A stretch of 64,000 bases of DNA, from the NCBI RefSeq assembly GCF_009914755.1, contig NC_060931.1; one strand, 5' to 3'. Below the pieces are notes generated by a model. It did no database searches, was not told the DNA's origin, and saw only the letters and a program-made list of their open reading frames with translations. Source of the DNA: the human T2T-CHM13v2.0 reference genome, Homo sapiens. The translations under genes were made by a program, and so were the position numbers. Below, piece after piece: positions 1-15,431 of this stretch (position 1 is its first letter; the number at the start of each line of letters is the position of its first letter).

Positions 1-284
1 TGTGTGAAACTATGACTGGTGAAATGATGGTGGTAATAAGGATGGAAAGGAGCTCTGGAGAGGGAAGCATTTTTGGAGAGAAGGTAATGAATACATTTTT
101 ATATTTTGGGAAAGGCAGAATTATAGGAAAATACCAAAAGTACATCTGAAATTACTAACTCAAAAATATATTGTGAAATATTTTATTCATTTATGTCTAT
201 TCATGTTTTTTATATCATGAAGATTATTTCACTTATAAACTTTAATAATACTCCTTAAAACATTTCTAACAATTTCTAGTAATA

Positions 285-348
285 TGTACACTTATACACA
301 CATATGCACATGCACGCACATACACACATACACACAGAAGACACACAC
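285..348. repeat. Imperfect (CA)n microsatellite
   Basis: Runs of acacacatatgcacatgcacgcacatacacacatacacacag. Confidence 0.8.
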
Positions 349-828
349 TAAGGTCAACATCCAAGTCATAAAAAAAGAATAATTATTTTGCATAAATTGC
401 TAATTACAATTACTTCCTGTTGCAAACCCAAATCTACTACTAGAGCCAAAATAATCTTGTCAGCATAAATACAGGTTTTGAGAAGAGTACAGGTGAAGAA
501 AAACAAAAATGAAAAACTTAAGAAGAAATCTAGCTCTTATGTTTAATTTGCAATGATAAAGTCATCTCTGATACTTTTCCCTTGAATTTTAAGCCTTGAG
601 TATTTAAATTCACATTTCATCAACTCTAGAATAAAATAACTGACAATATTGTATTCAGAAATAGGTAGTTATTCATGGATTTTATAATTAGAATTTCTAC
701 CTAATTTCAGTCTCTTACCTGCATCAGAATTTGATCTTCAGAGAGGGTATTTTGTGAAATTTGCAACATCCAAACTCATTCTCTTTATAACACCCATCTC
801 CATTCCACATGCCTTTCATTTGCTCTAG

Positions 829-1030
829 GCAGGCAGCCTCTTTAACTGTCACTTGGAAGAATTCCTTAATCATCATAAGGCCCATTATTTGTATGGAGTC
901 GGGCAGCCCCAAGGGAAAGGACCTAAAGTTACTCATGCTGGGGAGAATCATTGCATGGAGACAGGTTTGATTCAAGATTTTATGAAAAAAGTCAAAGAAG
1001 AGTCCATGAAACTTCTGAAAGAATATTGCC
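829..1030 (+). CDS. Candidate internal coding exon (202 nt, phase 0 to phase 1) of an unidentified gene
   Basis: Pyrimidine-rich acceptor cctttcatttgctctAG (827-828) and consensus donor CC|GTAAGT (1031). Open frame throughout: AGSLFNCHLEEFLNHHKAHYLYGVGQPQGKGPKVTHAGENHCMETGLIQDFMKKVKEESMKLLKEYC. In-frame stops lie immediately outside both splice sites; the sequence is not repeat-like. Confidence 0.6.
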
Positions 1031-2529
1031 GTAAGTGATAAAGACAAATGATAGTAGAAAATGAAGACGGTTCCAGGGGCAGAGTGAATGATGCCTCTTT
1101 GTACTGAGTGAAGTTGTGACTAATAATGCTGGCCTAGTTCTCTCACTCCTCACTTTGACAAGAATGTGAAAATGCTTCTGATGGGCTAGAGATAGACCCC
1201 AACGCAGGAGATTGGGGACAAATGGAGAGGAGATCGTGATGGCAGAGAGAACAGAGCTATGCCCTCTGCGTAGGCTCTATCAGCCAAAGTATGTGAACTG
1301 TAGGAAGGATTATCATCAGTCTTGGCAACGGCCTTTGGGTAATTGCCTGTAGGAAATCATCAAGGGTCATGGAGAAATTAATGGAGCAGTAGTAGATAAC
1401 AGAGAAGAGCCACAGGAGAAGTGCTGGAATAAAGGGTCTGTGGAAACACAGCCCACTTTCTGTATTTACAAAGTCCTAACAAGAGAAATGAATTTCTATG
1501 CTTGGCCAATGGGTGACTTTAAGTGTCTCTAAGAATAAGCTATTGAAGTGACCTTAAGCCTGAATGAGGGCTGAGCTAATGTTTCTTAATTTTTGCTCCC
1601 CTTGCTTAATGATTTAAAGCTGTTTTGCATATTTTATCTGCTCTGTTTATATCAGGAAAACAACTATCACCTCTACATTTATGTCTAAAAACATTCATAC
1701 CCCTAGAAAACCTGTCTTTACTTTTTATTAACTAGAAAGACACCAATTTACACTTTGTACTGAAGTTATAGTGGTATAACTATAAAATAATGAAATCGGG
1801 CTTATTAAGTCACATAAAGATATTTATCTTATTCCTTTAGAGTATTTGCATGCAACTAGCAGACATTTTTTGAGTTAGGTCTGATACTTGTAATACCTTT
1901 CTGTTTAATGTCAACCATAGTTCATGTTAGTCTTATATGTGCATTTCTATTGCACAAAGATATTTTCAGCCCAAACTTCAGTTTAACTATCAGGACTATA
2001 AGTTATAAATGCACACTGGTGAAGCTTTTATTTTGAATAAAAATGCTAGCTTAAGGCAATCAAACATTAATCATTGAAATAAAACTTTCATTAATTGATA
2101 TAGTATTAAATGTAATATTTAAGATAAGCTTAAGAGATCTTCATTTGCTATTATTCTTAGTTATATTTCCTGCAAAATTAAACTTCTTCAGTAATTATTG
2201 TAGCTATGAGGTGGATGTAGTTCTTATTATGTAAAGCTGAATTTTCAGACTATGTGAATAAATTTGGGAGGCTATAACAAACAAAGATGATTTCTATGTA
2301 TTATTTCTTATTCAAATTTTGAAACACTTTCTTTCCTAAAAGCAAGAAATCACATGCAAAAAAAAAAAATTCTCTGTTCTCTCACTGTGGTAACAGATAA
2401 AAGTGTGTCTTAAAATAAAACTGAAACTCATAGCTTGAGGAGAAAACAGACTCTTTCTCTAAATACAGACATACACATACACACACACACATCCCGCAAA
2501 ATAATGGGTTTTTTGGAGCAGTATAATCT

Positions 2530-3100
2530 GTTCTACTTACAATCATTTTAATTTCAAGAGAGACCTCTCCAACTAGTTCTGGCAAAAGAAAAGGGAAGAT
2601 TTATTTTTTAAAATAAAGATATAACAGACAATTGTACAGTTACCAAATGATAAGAGACATAGTCTTATAGGGACTGAAACTAAGAACTAGAAAAACAAGG
2701 GTTCTCTTGTCATCTCTTAGGGGCTGCATGATCTCCCTAATCTCAGCATGTGTGATTCTTGCTCTTGCCTTTCCTTACTGCTGACTTATTTTCCTACTCT
2801 TTAATAACTTCTGCTTGCAGGTGGCTTTGGCTTCCTAGCACACCAGCCTCACCCCTGACTGCTTCATACATTTTCTATTTTTTTCTCCAAGGTGTGACCT
2901 CATAAATTAACTGTGTCAAAACCCCAAGATAACTGACATTTACCTCTGTTTTCTCAATTCAAATTCCCAATAAAGCAATCTAGGCGATTTATCATTTTTT
3001 TTTTTTAAAGCTGTAGCATAGAAGATTTCTCCTGGCCCAATCACTTGAGGTGAGTTGAGGTAACATTGAGTTCTGTAACCTGACAACACCTCAGCCAGGA
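2530..3100 (-). mobile_element. Degenerate old MaLR (MLT1-type) LTR
   Basis: aatcattttaatttcaagagagacc...aactag...aaaagggaagatttattt resembles a reversed MLT1 terminus; boundaries approximate. Confidence 0.4.
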
Positions 3101-3163
3101 CAGTAGGTGGGATTTCTCTGAAAAGGGAGTGGACAGAACTGGCACCCAATAATAAAACATAGG

Positions 3164-3788
3164 TATGAAAGGAAAATAAACTGAGTCAGGCAAAGCTGTC
3201 TCCCATTTCATTCCCAAATAAGATAGCTATACTTAAAAAATAACAACAACAACAACAACAACAAAACACTACATATTTCCCTCACAATTTGCCCATTAGG
3301 AAATTCCATGTGAGGCTCAAGATCTTTACCCTAAACCAGTTCTGTTGAATTTCACCCCGGCAATGTAAATTGATACCTTATCTTCACAGGTATGGAAAAA
3401 AGGTCAGAACTCATAATCGTCCCTCTGATCACCTGAGACAGATGCCTATCTGATTGCTTCCTCTGCCCTACATTTATTTTATCATATGTGAAAATGCAGA
3501 TTCACTGAGCCAGATGAATGCATAAGTGACTATTTCTCTATCTTTCCCTCACACATGAATGGCTGATCAGAGACTCAAAAGAATGCAACCGTTTGCCTCA
3601 TCTACCTACACCTTTTAAAAATTTCTTGCTCTGTCCCCAGTATTAACCCTTTCCCCTTTAAATATTGAAGCCCTCAAAATCATCATTGTAGAAAGGTATG
3701 GGCCTGTTTCCCGCATGTGCCTCCTTAACCTTTGCAAAATAAATTTTTTAATTGATTGACAACTGTCTGATACTTTTTTTGGTTTACA
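3164..3788 (+). mobile_element. MER4-family (ERV1) solo LTR
   Basis: Starts tatgaaaggaaaataaa and ends ...tttggtttaca; AATAAA near 3738; 4-bp TSD TAGG (3160-3163 / 3789-3792). Confidence 0.8.
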
Positions 3789-3854
3789 TAGGATAAAAAA
3801 TTGTTACAGACTTATCTGTTGCACCATTTTCCTAGTCATTGATGAAAGAAAGAT

Positions 3855-4015
3855 GATGTAGTAGGTAAAGCACTTGATTTAAAGACATGCAGATCTCATG
3901 TATCTGGGGCTGAATTCTTTATTTATAAATTTATAAATTAAAGTAACAGTACTGCCTCAGTGATATATAATATGTAAAAATCTTAATATGGTCTTGGATC
4001 TACTCTAAATACTCA
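3855..4015 (+). mobile_element. MIR SINE remnant
   Basis: gatgtagtaggtaaagcac...aacagtactgcctcag...tatgtaaaaatctt, a MIR-like head and tail. Confidence 0.5.
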
Positions 4016-4404
4016 ACGATGCAAAGTAATTTTCTACTTTTCCTTTCTATTTACTGAAGTGTAGATCTCTAAATCATGGTGAACAACTTTGGCAACTACC
4101 AATATTTTATGTCTTAAGAAAACTACAGTGAACTTTAATTAAAAAAAAAAATCTGCCTGTGAGTACTTTTTAAATATTTTTGGCTAACATTTTAAATACA
4201 GCTATACCATGTCTATATTCTCTTTATTTTAAAAAAAATTCTACAGGCTTAGTATCTTAATATGTTCCATTTTCAAATAAATTTGTATCAATATTTTCTT
4301 AAACTCATCATATGTACCCTTTACAACAACTCTGGGAGCAAAACAGCAATATTGTCACATCAAAAATGAGCTCCATTTAAATAAATGACCCAAGATTTTT
4401 TTTT

Positions 4405-6198
<1,794 letters not shown>

Positions 6199-6254
6199 GG
6201 AAGGGAGGGAGGAAAAGAGGGAAGAACGAGGGAAGCAGAAGTGTCAATGAACAT

Positions 6255-6970
6255 TTAAATTGTTTCAATAGCTTGGCTATTGTGAACAGTGTTGGAAAAA
6301 ACAAAGAAGTGTGGACATCTCTTCAGTATTCTGATTTCAGTTCTTTTGCAGACATACTCAGATATGGGATTTTTGAATCATAAGGTAGTTCTATTTTTAA
6401 TTTTATGAAGAACCTCTATATTGTTTTTCCTATAGCAGCCCCATTTCACATTCCCACCAGCCATGTACAATGTTCTAAGTTCTCCACATTCTTACCAACA
6501 CTTATCTTGTTTTCTTTCTTTCTTTCTTTCTTTTTGATAATAATCATCCTGACAGGTACGAGGTGATTGTTCATTGTGGTTTTGATTTGTATTTCTTTGA
6601 TGATTACTGACATTATGTTTCTTTTGTAAAATTTCAACTTTTATTTTAGATACAGGGGGTACCTGTATAAGTTTGTTACATGGGTATATTACATGATGCT
6701 AAGGTTTGGAGTAGGGATACTGTCACCCAGTTAGTGAGTTTAGTACACAATAGGTAGTTTTTTGAACATGTTTTTATATCTCTTGGCAATTTGTGTTTTT
6801 TTTTTTTTTTAGTGAAATGACTATGTAAGTCCTTTATCCATGTTTTAAATTGAATTACTTGGGGTTTTTTTGTATTGTTTGGCTATTGATTTGTAGAAGC
6901 TTCTTATATATATTGAAGATTAACTCCTAAACTATGTTTTGCAAATAGTTTTTTTTTCATCGCATAGGAA
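6255..6970 (-). mobile_element. Old L1M ORF2 fragment, interrupted by a short L1PA15/16-like 3' end (about 6625-6762)
   Basis: ORF 6446-6637 resembles the L1 ORF2 end (IKEIQIKTTM..HLVPVRM); the inner ttttagatacagggggtacctgtataagtttgttacatgggta is an L1P 3'UTR. Confidence 0.75.
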
Positions 6971-6989
6971 TGGAATTTAAGAATGAAAT

Positions 6990-7250
6990 TCTGTTTCTTA
7001 TAGCATTAAAAAAAAGTAAACTATTTAGGAATAAGCTTAACCAAGGAGGTTAAAGCCATGTTTACTGAAAACTACAAAATATTGATAACAAATTAAATAA
7101 GGCACAAATAAATGGAAAGACATTGTATGCTGATGGCTTAGAAAACTATTACTCTTAAAATGTTCATACTACTCAAAGTGATCCACAAGTTTAATGCAAT
7201 CCCTATGAAAATCTCAATGGCAGTTTCTACAGAACAGAAAACAAAATGTT
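6990..7250 (+). mobile_element. Old L1M ORF2 fragment, resuming at about 12878-12940 after the L1PB1 insertion
   Basis: ctatttaggaataagcttaaccaaggaggt...aatgcaatccctatgaaaatc; colinear continuation taaaattcatatggcaccacaaaagac at 12879. Confidence 0.7.
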
Positions 7251-7254
7251 AGAG

Positions 7255-10200
7255 CCACTTGGGAGATCATGCAGGACAGGAGGCAGGACTAGATTGCAGT
7301 TCCTGCTTGGATGAACAGAGCAGTGTGTAGTGGCTTGCATCATAAACTTTTGCTCCAGAATGACTGCAGGAATACATTAGGAAAGCCTGGAGAACCCACA
7401 GACCCTCTGAAGGAAGCAGATTGCTCCTGCAAGACCCAGGAGACACACCAAATAATATGAGTTCCCAAACTGTGAAAGTAAGAAAGGGAAATCATCTGCC
7501 CCTGAACACCATCCCCTCACTATTGGGGAAGTTGAAGGTCTAGATCGTGGGAGAAGATTCTGACCTTACCTGGAGCTGAGTCAATTTCGAGAGCCAAGTG
7601 AAATACAGGAGTAGAGGAAGCAGCAGGAAAAACCCTGTGGGCTTTCAGGGTCCCCTAGCAAGCCAATTCTGCTTGACTCACAGGGGTCCTTGGGGAGGGA
7701 AGCTAGAGGCACTGGAAAAAGGCCACAGGGAGAAGGAAACCTCTATATGAACTTTGTAACCATTTGAACCCATCGAGAAGTCTCCTGGCCAGAACTTGAA
7801 GGAGGGAGTGAATCTGGTGTGGGGACTCCACAGGCGGGGGAAGAACGAAAGCCCATTTGCTTTTGCAGCTGGGAGGCAGGTAGCTTGGGTCAAGTTCTCA
7901 GCCCTGCTTACCCACTGCCTAGAAACAGACTTGATGCTGTTGGGTGGGGAGGGCAGAGTGGGAGTGAGACTGGCCCTTTGGGTTGAGTGGGAGCTGGGTG
8001 AGGCCTGTGATTGCCGGCTTTCCCCTCCTTCCCTGACAACCTGCATGACACAGTAGATGCAGCCATAATCCTCCTATGAACATAACTCCATTGACCTGGG
8101 AACCTCACCTCCATCCCCCACAGCAGCCACAGCAAGACCCACCCAATGAGAGTTTCAGCTCAGACATGCTGAAGTTGGGATTGTGTTAAATGACTAAACC
8201 TAAGAATAACTGGCATTCCTGAGGAAGAAGAGAAATCTAAAAGTTTGGAAAACATATTTGGGGTAATAATTGAGGAAAACTTCCCTGGGCTTGCTACAGA
8301 CCTAGACATCCAAATACAAGAAGCACAAAGAACACCTGGGAAATTCATCACAAAGAGATCATCACCTAGGCACTTCATCATCAGGTTATCTAAAGTTAAG
8401 ATGAAGGAAAGAATCTTAAGAGCTGTGAGGCAAAAGCACCAGGTAACCTATAAAGAAAAACCTATCAGATTAACAGCAGATTTATCAGCAGAAACCCTAC
8501 AAACTAGAAGGGATTGGGGCCCTATACTCAGCCTCTTCAAACAAAACAATTATCTGCCAAAAGTTTGGTATCCAGCAAAACTAAGTTCATCAGTGAGGGA
8601 AAGATACAGTCTTTTTCAGACAAACAAATGAGCAGAGAGAATTCACCACTACCAAGCCAACACTACAAGAACTGCTAAAAGGATCTCTAAATCTTGAAAC
8701 AAATGTTGGAAACACATCAAAACAGAACCTCTTTAAAGTGCAAATCTCACAGGACCTATAAAACAAAAATACAGTTAAAAAACAAAAAAACAAGATATAC
8801 AGGCAACAAATAGCATGATGAATGAAATGGTACCTCACATCTCAGTATTAGCTCTTAATGTACATAGCCCAAATGCGCCACTGAAAAGATACTGAATTGC
8901 AGAATGGATAAGAGTTCACCAACTATCTGCTGCCTTCAAGAGACTCACCTAACACATGAGGACTCACATAAACTTAAGATAAAGGGGTGGAAAAACACAT
9001 TCCATGCAAGTGAACACCAAAAGCAAGCAAGAGTAGCTATTCTTATACCAGACAAAATAAACCCTAAAGCAACAGCAGTTAAAAAAGACAAAGTGGGCTA
9101 TTATCTAATGACAAAAGGCCTTGTCTGACAGAAAAATATCACAATCCTAAATATATATGCACCTAACACTATATCTCCCAAATTTATAAAGCAATTACTA
9201 ATAGACCTAAGAAATGAGATAAACAGCAACACAATAATAGTGGGGGAATTCAATACTCCACTGACAGCACTAGACAGGTTATCAAAACCGAAACTCAACA
9301 AAGAAACAATGGATTTAAACTGTAGCCTGGGACAAATGGATGTAACAGATATATACAGAACATTCTTCCAAACAATCGCAGAATATGCATTCTGTTCAAC
9401 AGCATATGGTACTTCCTTCAAGATAGACCATATGATAGGCCACAAAATGAGTCTCAATAAATTTAAGAAAATTTAAATTATATCAAGCACCCTCTCAGAC
9501 AACAGTGGAATAAATCTGGAAATCGTCTCGAAAAGGAACCTTAAAACCATGCAAATAAATGGAAATTAAAGAATCTGCTCCTGAATGATCATTGGGTCAA
9601 AATGAAATCAAGATGGAAATTAAAAAATTATTTGAACTGAATGACAACAGTGACAAAATCTATCATAACTACTGGGATAAGACAAAGGTGCTGCTAAGAG
9701 GAAAGTTCATAGCCCTAAACACCTACATCAAAAAGTCTGAAAGAGTACAAACAGACAATCTAAGATCATACCTCAAGGAACTAGATAAGCAAGAACAAAT
9801 AAAACCCAAACCCGTCAGAAGAAAGGAAATTACCAAGATCAGAGCAGAACTAAATGAAATTGAAACAAACAAACAAAAATACAAGATAAATGAAACAAAA
9901 AGCTGGTTCTTTGAAAAAAATAAATAAAATTGATAGCCCATTACCAAGATTAACTAAGAAAAGAAGAGATAAAACCCAAATAAACTCATTTGGAAACAAA
10001 ATGGGAGATATTACAACTGACATCACAGAAATACAAAAGATCATTAAAGGCTACTGTGGACACTTTTAAATACATAAACTAGAAAACCTAGAGGAGATGA
10101 ATAAATTACTGGAAAAATACAACCCTCCTAGCTTAAATCAGGAAGAATTAAATGCCCCGAACAGACCCAAAACAAGCAGCAAGATTGAAATGGTAATTTA

Positions 10201-12865
10201 AAAATTTCCAACAAAAAAGTCCAGGTCCAGATGGATTCACAGCAGATTTCTACCAGACGTTTAAAGAAGAATTGGTACCAATCCTATTGACACTATTCCA
10301 CATGATAGAGAAAGAGGGAACCCTCTCTAAATCATTCTATGAAGCCAGTATCACCCTAATACCACAACCAGAAAGGACATCACAAACAAACAAACAAAAA
10401 TCCTACAGACCAATATTCCTGGTGAACATAGATGCTAACATCCTTAACAAAATACTAGCTAACCAAATCCAGCAACATATCAGAAAGATAATTCACCATA
10501 ATCGAGTGGGTTTCATACCAGGATTCAGGGATGATTTAACATATGCAAGTCATTAAATATGATATACCACACAAACAGAATTAAAAACAAAAATCACATG
10601 ATCATCTCAATAGCTGCAGAAAAAGCATACGTTCAACAAAATCTGGCATCCCTTTATGATTAAAACTCTCAGCAAAATTGGCACAGAAGGGATATGCCTC
10701 AATGTAGTAAAAGCCATCTAAGACAAACTTACAGCCAACATATACTGAACGCGGAAAAGTTGAAAGCATTCCCTCTGAGAACTGGAACAAGACAAGAATG
10801 CCTACTCTCACCACTCCTCTTCAACATAGTACTGGAAGTCCTGGCCAGAACAATCAGACAAGAGAAAGAAATTAAGGGCATCCAAATCAAGAAAGAGGAA
10901 GTCAAATTTCCTCTGTTCACTGATGACATGATTGTTTACCTAGACAGCCCTAAAGACTTCTTCAGAAAGCTCCTAGAATTGATAAAAGAATTCAGCGAAG
11001 TTTCCAGATACAAAATTAATATACATTATTCAGTAGCTCTTCTATACACAAACAGTGACCAAGCTGAGACTCAAATCAAGCACTCAACCCCTTTTATAAT
11101 AGCTGCAAAAAAATTAAAATACTTATGAATATACCTAACCAAGGAGGTGAAAAACCTCTACAGGTAAAATGACAAAACCTTGCTGAAAGAAATCCTAGAT
11201 GACACAGACAAATGCAAACACATCTCATGCTCATGGATGGGTAGAATCAATATTGTGAAAATGACCTTACTACCAAAAGCAATCTATAAATTCAATGCAA
11301 TTCCCATCAAAATATCACCTTCATTCTTCGGAGAATTAGAAAAAGCAATCCTAAAATACATATGTGACCAAAAAAGAGCCCACATAGCTAAAGCAAGGCT
11401 AAGCAAAAAGAACAAATCTGGATTACCTGATTTCAAACTATACTATAAGGCCATAGTCACCAAAACAGCATGGTACTTGTATAAAAATAGGCCCAAAAAT
11501 CAATGGAACAGAATAGAGAACCCAGAAATAAATCCAAATACTTAGAGCCAACTGATCCTTAACAAAGCAAACAAAAACATAAAGTGAGGAAAGGACACCC
11601 TATTTAACAAAGGGTGCTGGGATAATTGGCAAGCCACATGCAGGAGAATGAAACTGGATCTTCATATCTCACCTCATACAAAAATCAGCTCAAGATGGAT
11701 CAAGGAATTAAATCTAAGACCTGAAACTATAAAAACTATAAAACTATAAAAATCCTAGAAGATAACATTAGAAAAATCCCTCTAGACGTTGGCTTAGGCA
11801 AGTATTTCATGACTAAGAACCCAAAAGCAAATGTAATAAAAACAAAAATAATAGCTGGGACTTAAAGGAAAGAGCTTTTGCACAGCAAAAGGAACAGTCA
11901 GCAGAGTAAACCGACAACCCACAGAGTGGGAGAAAATCTTTACAATATATACATCTGACTAAGGACTAATATCAAGAATCTACAACAAACTCAAACAAAT
12001 TAGGAAGAAAAAAACAACCTCATTAAAAAGTGTGCTAAAGACATGAATACATAATTCTCAGAAGAAGATTATACAAATGGCCAACAAACATATGAAAAAA
12101 TATGCAACATCACTAATGATCAGGGAAATGCAATTCAAAACCACAATGCAATACCACCTTACTCCTGCAAAATGTCCATAATAAAAAACTAAAAAAAAAA
12201 AAATAAATGTTGGTGTGGATATGATGAACAGGGAACACTTCTATACTGCTGGTGGGAATGTAAGCTAGTAAAACCACTATGGAAAACAGTATGGAGATTC
12301 TGTAAAGAACAAAAAGTGGAACTACCATTTGATCCAGCAATCCCACTATTGGGTATCTACCCAGAGGAAAATAAGTTACTATACAAAAAAGATATTTATA
12401 CATGCATGTTTATAGCAGTACAATTCACAATTACAAAAATGTGGAACCAACCCAAATGCTCATCAATCAACGAGTTGATAAAGAAACTGTGGTGTATAGA
12501 TACAATTGAATACTACTCTGCCATAAAAAGGAATGAATTAATAGCATTCACAGTGACCTGGATGAGATTGGAGACTATTATTCTAAGCGAAGTAGCTTAG
12601 GAATGGAAAACCAAACATTGTATGTTCTCATTCATAAGTGGGAGCTAAGCTATGAGGATGCAAAGATTTAAGAATGATACAATGGACTTTGGGGACTCGG
12701 GGAAAGGGTGGGAAGGGTGTGAGGGTTAAAAGACACAAATAGGGTTCAGTGTATACTGCTTGGGTGAAGGGTCCACCAAAACTTCACAAATCACCACTAA
12801 AGAACTTACTCATGTAACCCAACATCATCTGTTCCCTAGTAACATATGGAAATAAAAAAAAATCT
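7255..12865 (+). mobile_element. Near full-length L1PB1 (L1PBa-type 5'UTR) with internal deletion; ORF1/ORF2 broken by stops and frameshifts
   Basis: 5'UTR gggagatcatg...aggcaggactagattgcag; ORF1 remnant 8245-8631; endonuclease motifs (CLQETHL, GEFNTPL, KIDHMIGHK); RT motifs ([20 protein letters not shown]); L1PB1-type 3'UTR tgggagctaagctatgaggatgcaaag...ggaaataaaaaaa. Confidence 0.92.
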
Positions 12866-14619
12866 AGTAAAAAAAGGTTAAAATTCATATGGCACCACAA
12901 AAGACTCTGAATAACCAAGAAACTGGGAGAAAGAAAAAAAATACAGTGAGCTACCTTAGGTTGAGGGGCTATGAGAAAGACCAGGGCAGCAAGAAGTATG
13001 TATTGCATAAAGTTTTCATCCAAGTCTTTCTTCCCAGTGATTCTCAGCAAGCTTATGTTTCTCTGAGTCCAGAATCCTAAGAAAATTCTGTCAAAAAAAA
13101 TTGGGAACATGAGAAAAAGCATTACAATTATCTTGAAATAATTAAAGCTTTACAGTCAACATAGAGAAATTACTGATTTGAAGGAAACCACTATGACACA
13201 TTGAAAGCAAGAGCAGGAAATGTTGACATCCAGAATCAAAGGTTAAGTAGACATTTCTGAGAACAGCATAGAAACACTTAGGTTAGAATCTGTCACAATC
13301 TGACCAATCAATCTTGCTTATTGCTGCTTCAGTGCTATGCATGTTCATGACTCACCCTTGGCAGAAAACAGGGTCATGAACATGCATACCAATAAAATGG
13401 ATATTAGTTTGTATATGTACTATAATTTATACAAATCTTATAACAGTGTTTCAAGAAGTAAGATGCTTGGGGGGTAAAATAATTTTAACCTTGCTAAAAC
13501 ATCTCACTGTTCATATTTGAAAACTAGCCAATGATATTTACTGTTGTTTTCTAGTTTTTGAAACTTTGCTATAGGCTGAAAATCTTTTTAAATATTATTA
13601 AACAATATTTTCAAACTAGTAGGCATATTAAGATCTATATTTTGAGTGAAAAGTACGAGGAATATTTGAAGTAGTTTATGAACAAACTGTAATTTAGGGA
13701 ATTCTTTTATTTTTCATTCCCAAGTCCCAAAGATTAATACCTGATGGGAGTGTGGCAAAACTCACATGTATTTCAAGTAATCCCTACTGTTTTCTCTACC
13801 TTACCTCAATGTGCCTTTTCTTTCATTTTCACAAACAGCATTCAATTGTTGATTTTCCATCATCACTGAACTTACTTTTCATCCCTGGCTACTTTTCTGT
13901 TTGCCTGTTGGTTGAGTTTTTCCTATGATCACTAACATTGATCTCTTTCCACAAGACACTAACACTGTTTTCAACGGTGAAGCAAAAGGATTTTCTGTTC
14001 CAGGCATATATTTGCTTACATACCTAGAAGTTTCTGTTATTAAGCTGTTTTAGAGGCCTCTTGAAGTTGCTAAGAATGCACTGCTTTATGCTATATAAAC
14101 CACTTTATTTTTGTTCTTGTTTCACGTTGGCTGTTACAGGCACTGGCATTTTACTGTAAGAATAAACATGATCATTCATTTTCTTTCTGTTGAAATTCGA
14201 TGATTCTCTTATGACTAGAACCTTCCACCTTAGGGGAAGGCTTGCTGTGTCATGTCCTGAAATGCCAGAGTTCATAGCTTTCTATTGTTTGGGTCCTTAC
14301 TCTGGAACATTCCCTTTCATTATTTTGGAAAAATAATGAGCAACATCTTTTTGTAATACCTCCAAACGGACTAAATGTTTGCAAGCCATTTTTTTTTTTG
14401 TTGAAATTGGAACATTTAATAAACTCTCCAGAAAAAAAGCCCACTAACAATTGTTTGATAAATCTGATCATGTATTGAACAGAAGAATACCAATGACAAA
14501 GTTGGTGCCCCTTTTTAACCCATAAAATATGAAATAGCAACACAAACACATGTGTTCAGGTTATTGCATGTTGGAATCCAAAAAGCTTGTTCATGTGCAT
14601 TATCTTACTTCATTCTTGG

Positions 14620-14880
14620 TGGGGAACAGTGTGAACTCAGAGGTGGTACTATAATAATCCCTAATTTTCAGATGTGAAACAGAAGCTCAGGAAGTTGAAA
14701 TAATTTGTTCAACTTCATACAACAGGTTAATAGCAGTGATGAGACTCTAGTTAATTTATTTATTGCAGTCTAATATTTAATGACTTGACCATGTGTATTA
14801 GCATTTAATAGCACCATTCTAGGCACTGGAAATACAAACATAAATAAGATGGAATTTCTAGTCTCATGTAATCTTAGTTG
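14620..14880 (-). mobile_element. MIR followed by an L2 3' remnant
   Basis: ccctaattttcagatgtgaaacagaagctcagg (MIR core, reverse); caccattctaggcactggaaatac (L2). Confidence 0.6.
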
Positions 14881-15025
14881 GTATTTTTTTTTTTTAAATA
14901 CGTGTATTGCATTTCTTCTTGGACTGAGCAGTCATGATCAAACAATATGATTTGGGGAAATAACAGTTGAGTGAAACACAAGATGCTATCACACTGTGGT
15001 TTCTCTGGACCACAGTATGTGATGA

Positions 15026-15431
<406 letters not shown>

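Noticed and set aside
724-1047. 107-aa minus-strand ORF
   Set aside because: Antisense shadow of the plus-strand exon candidate; splice signals favour the plus strand
8245-12600. Series of endonuclease/RT ORFs as an active element
   Set aside because: Fragments of a dead L1PB1 with many stops and frameshifts
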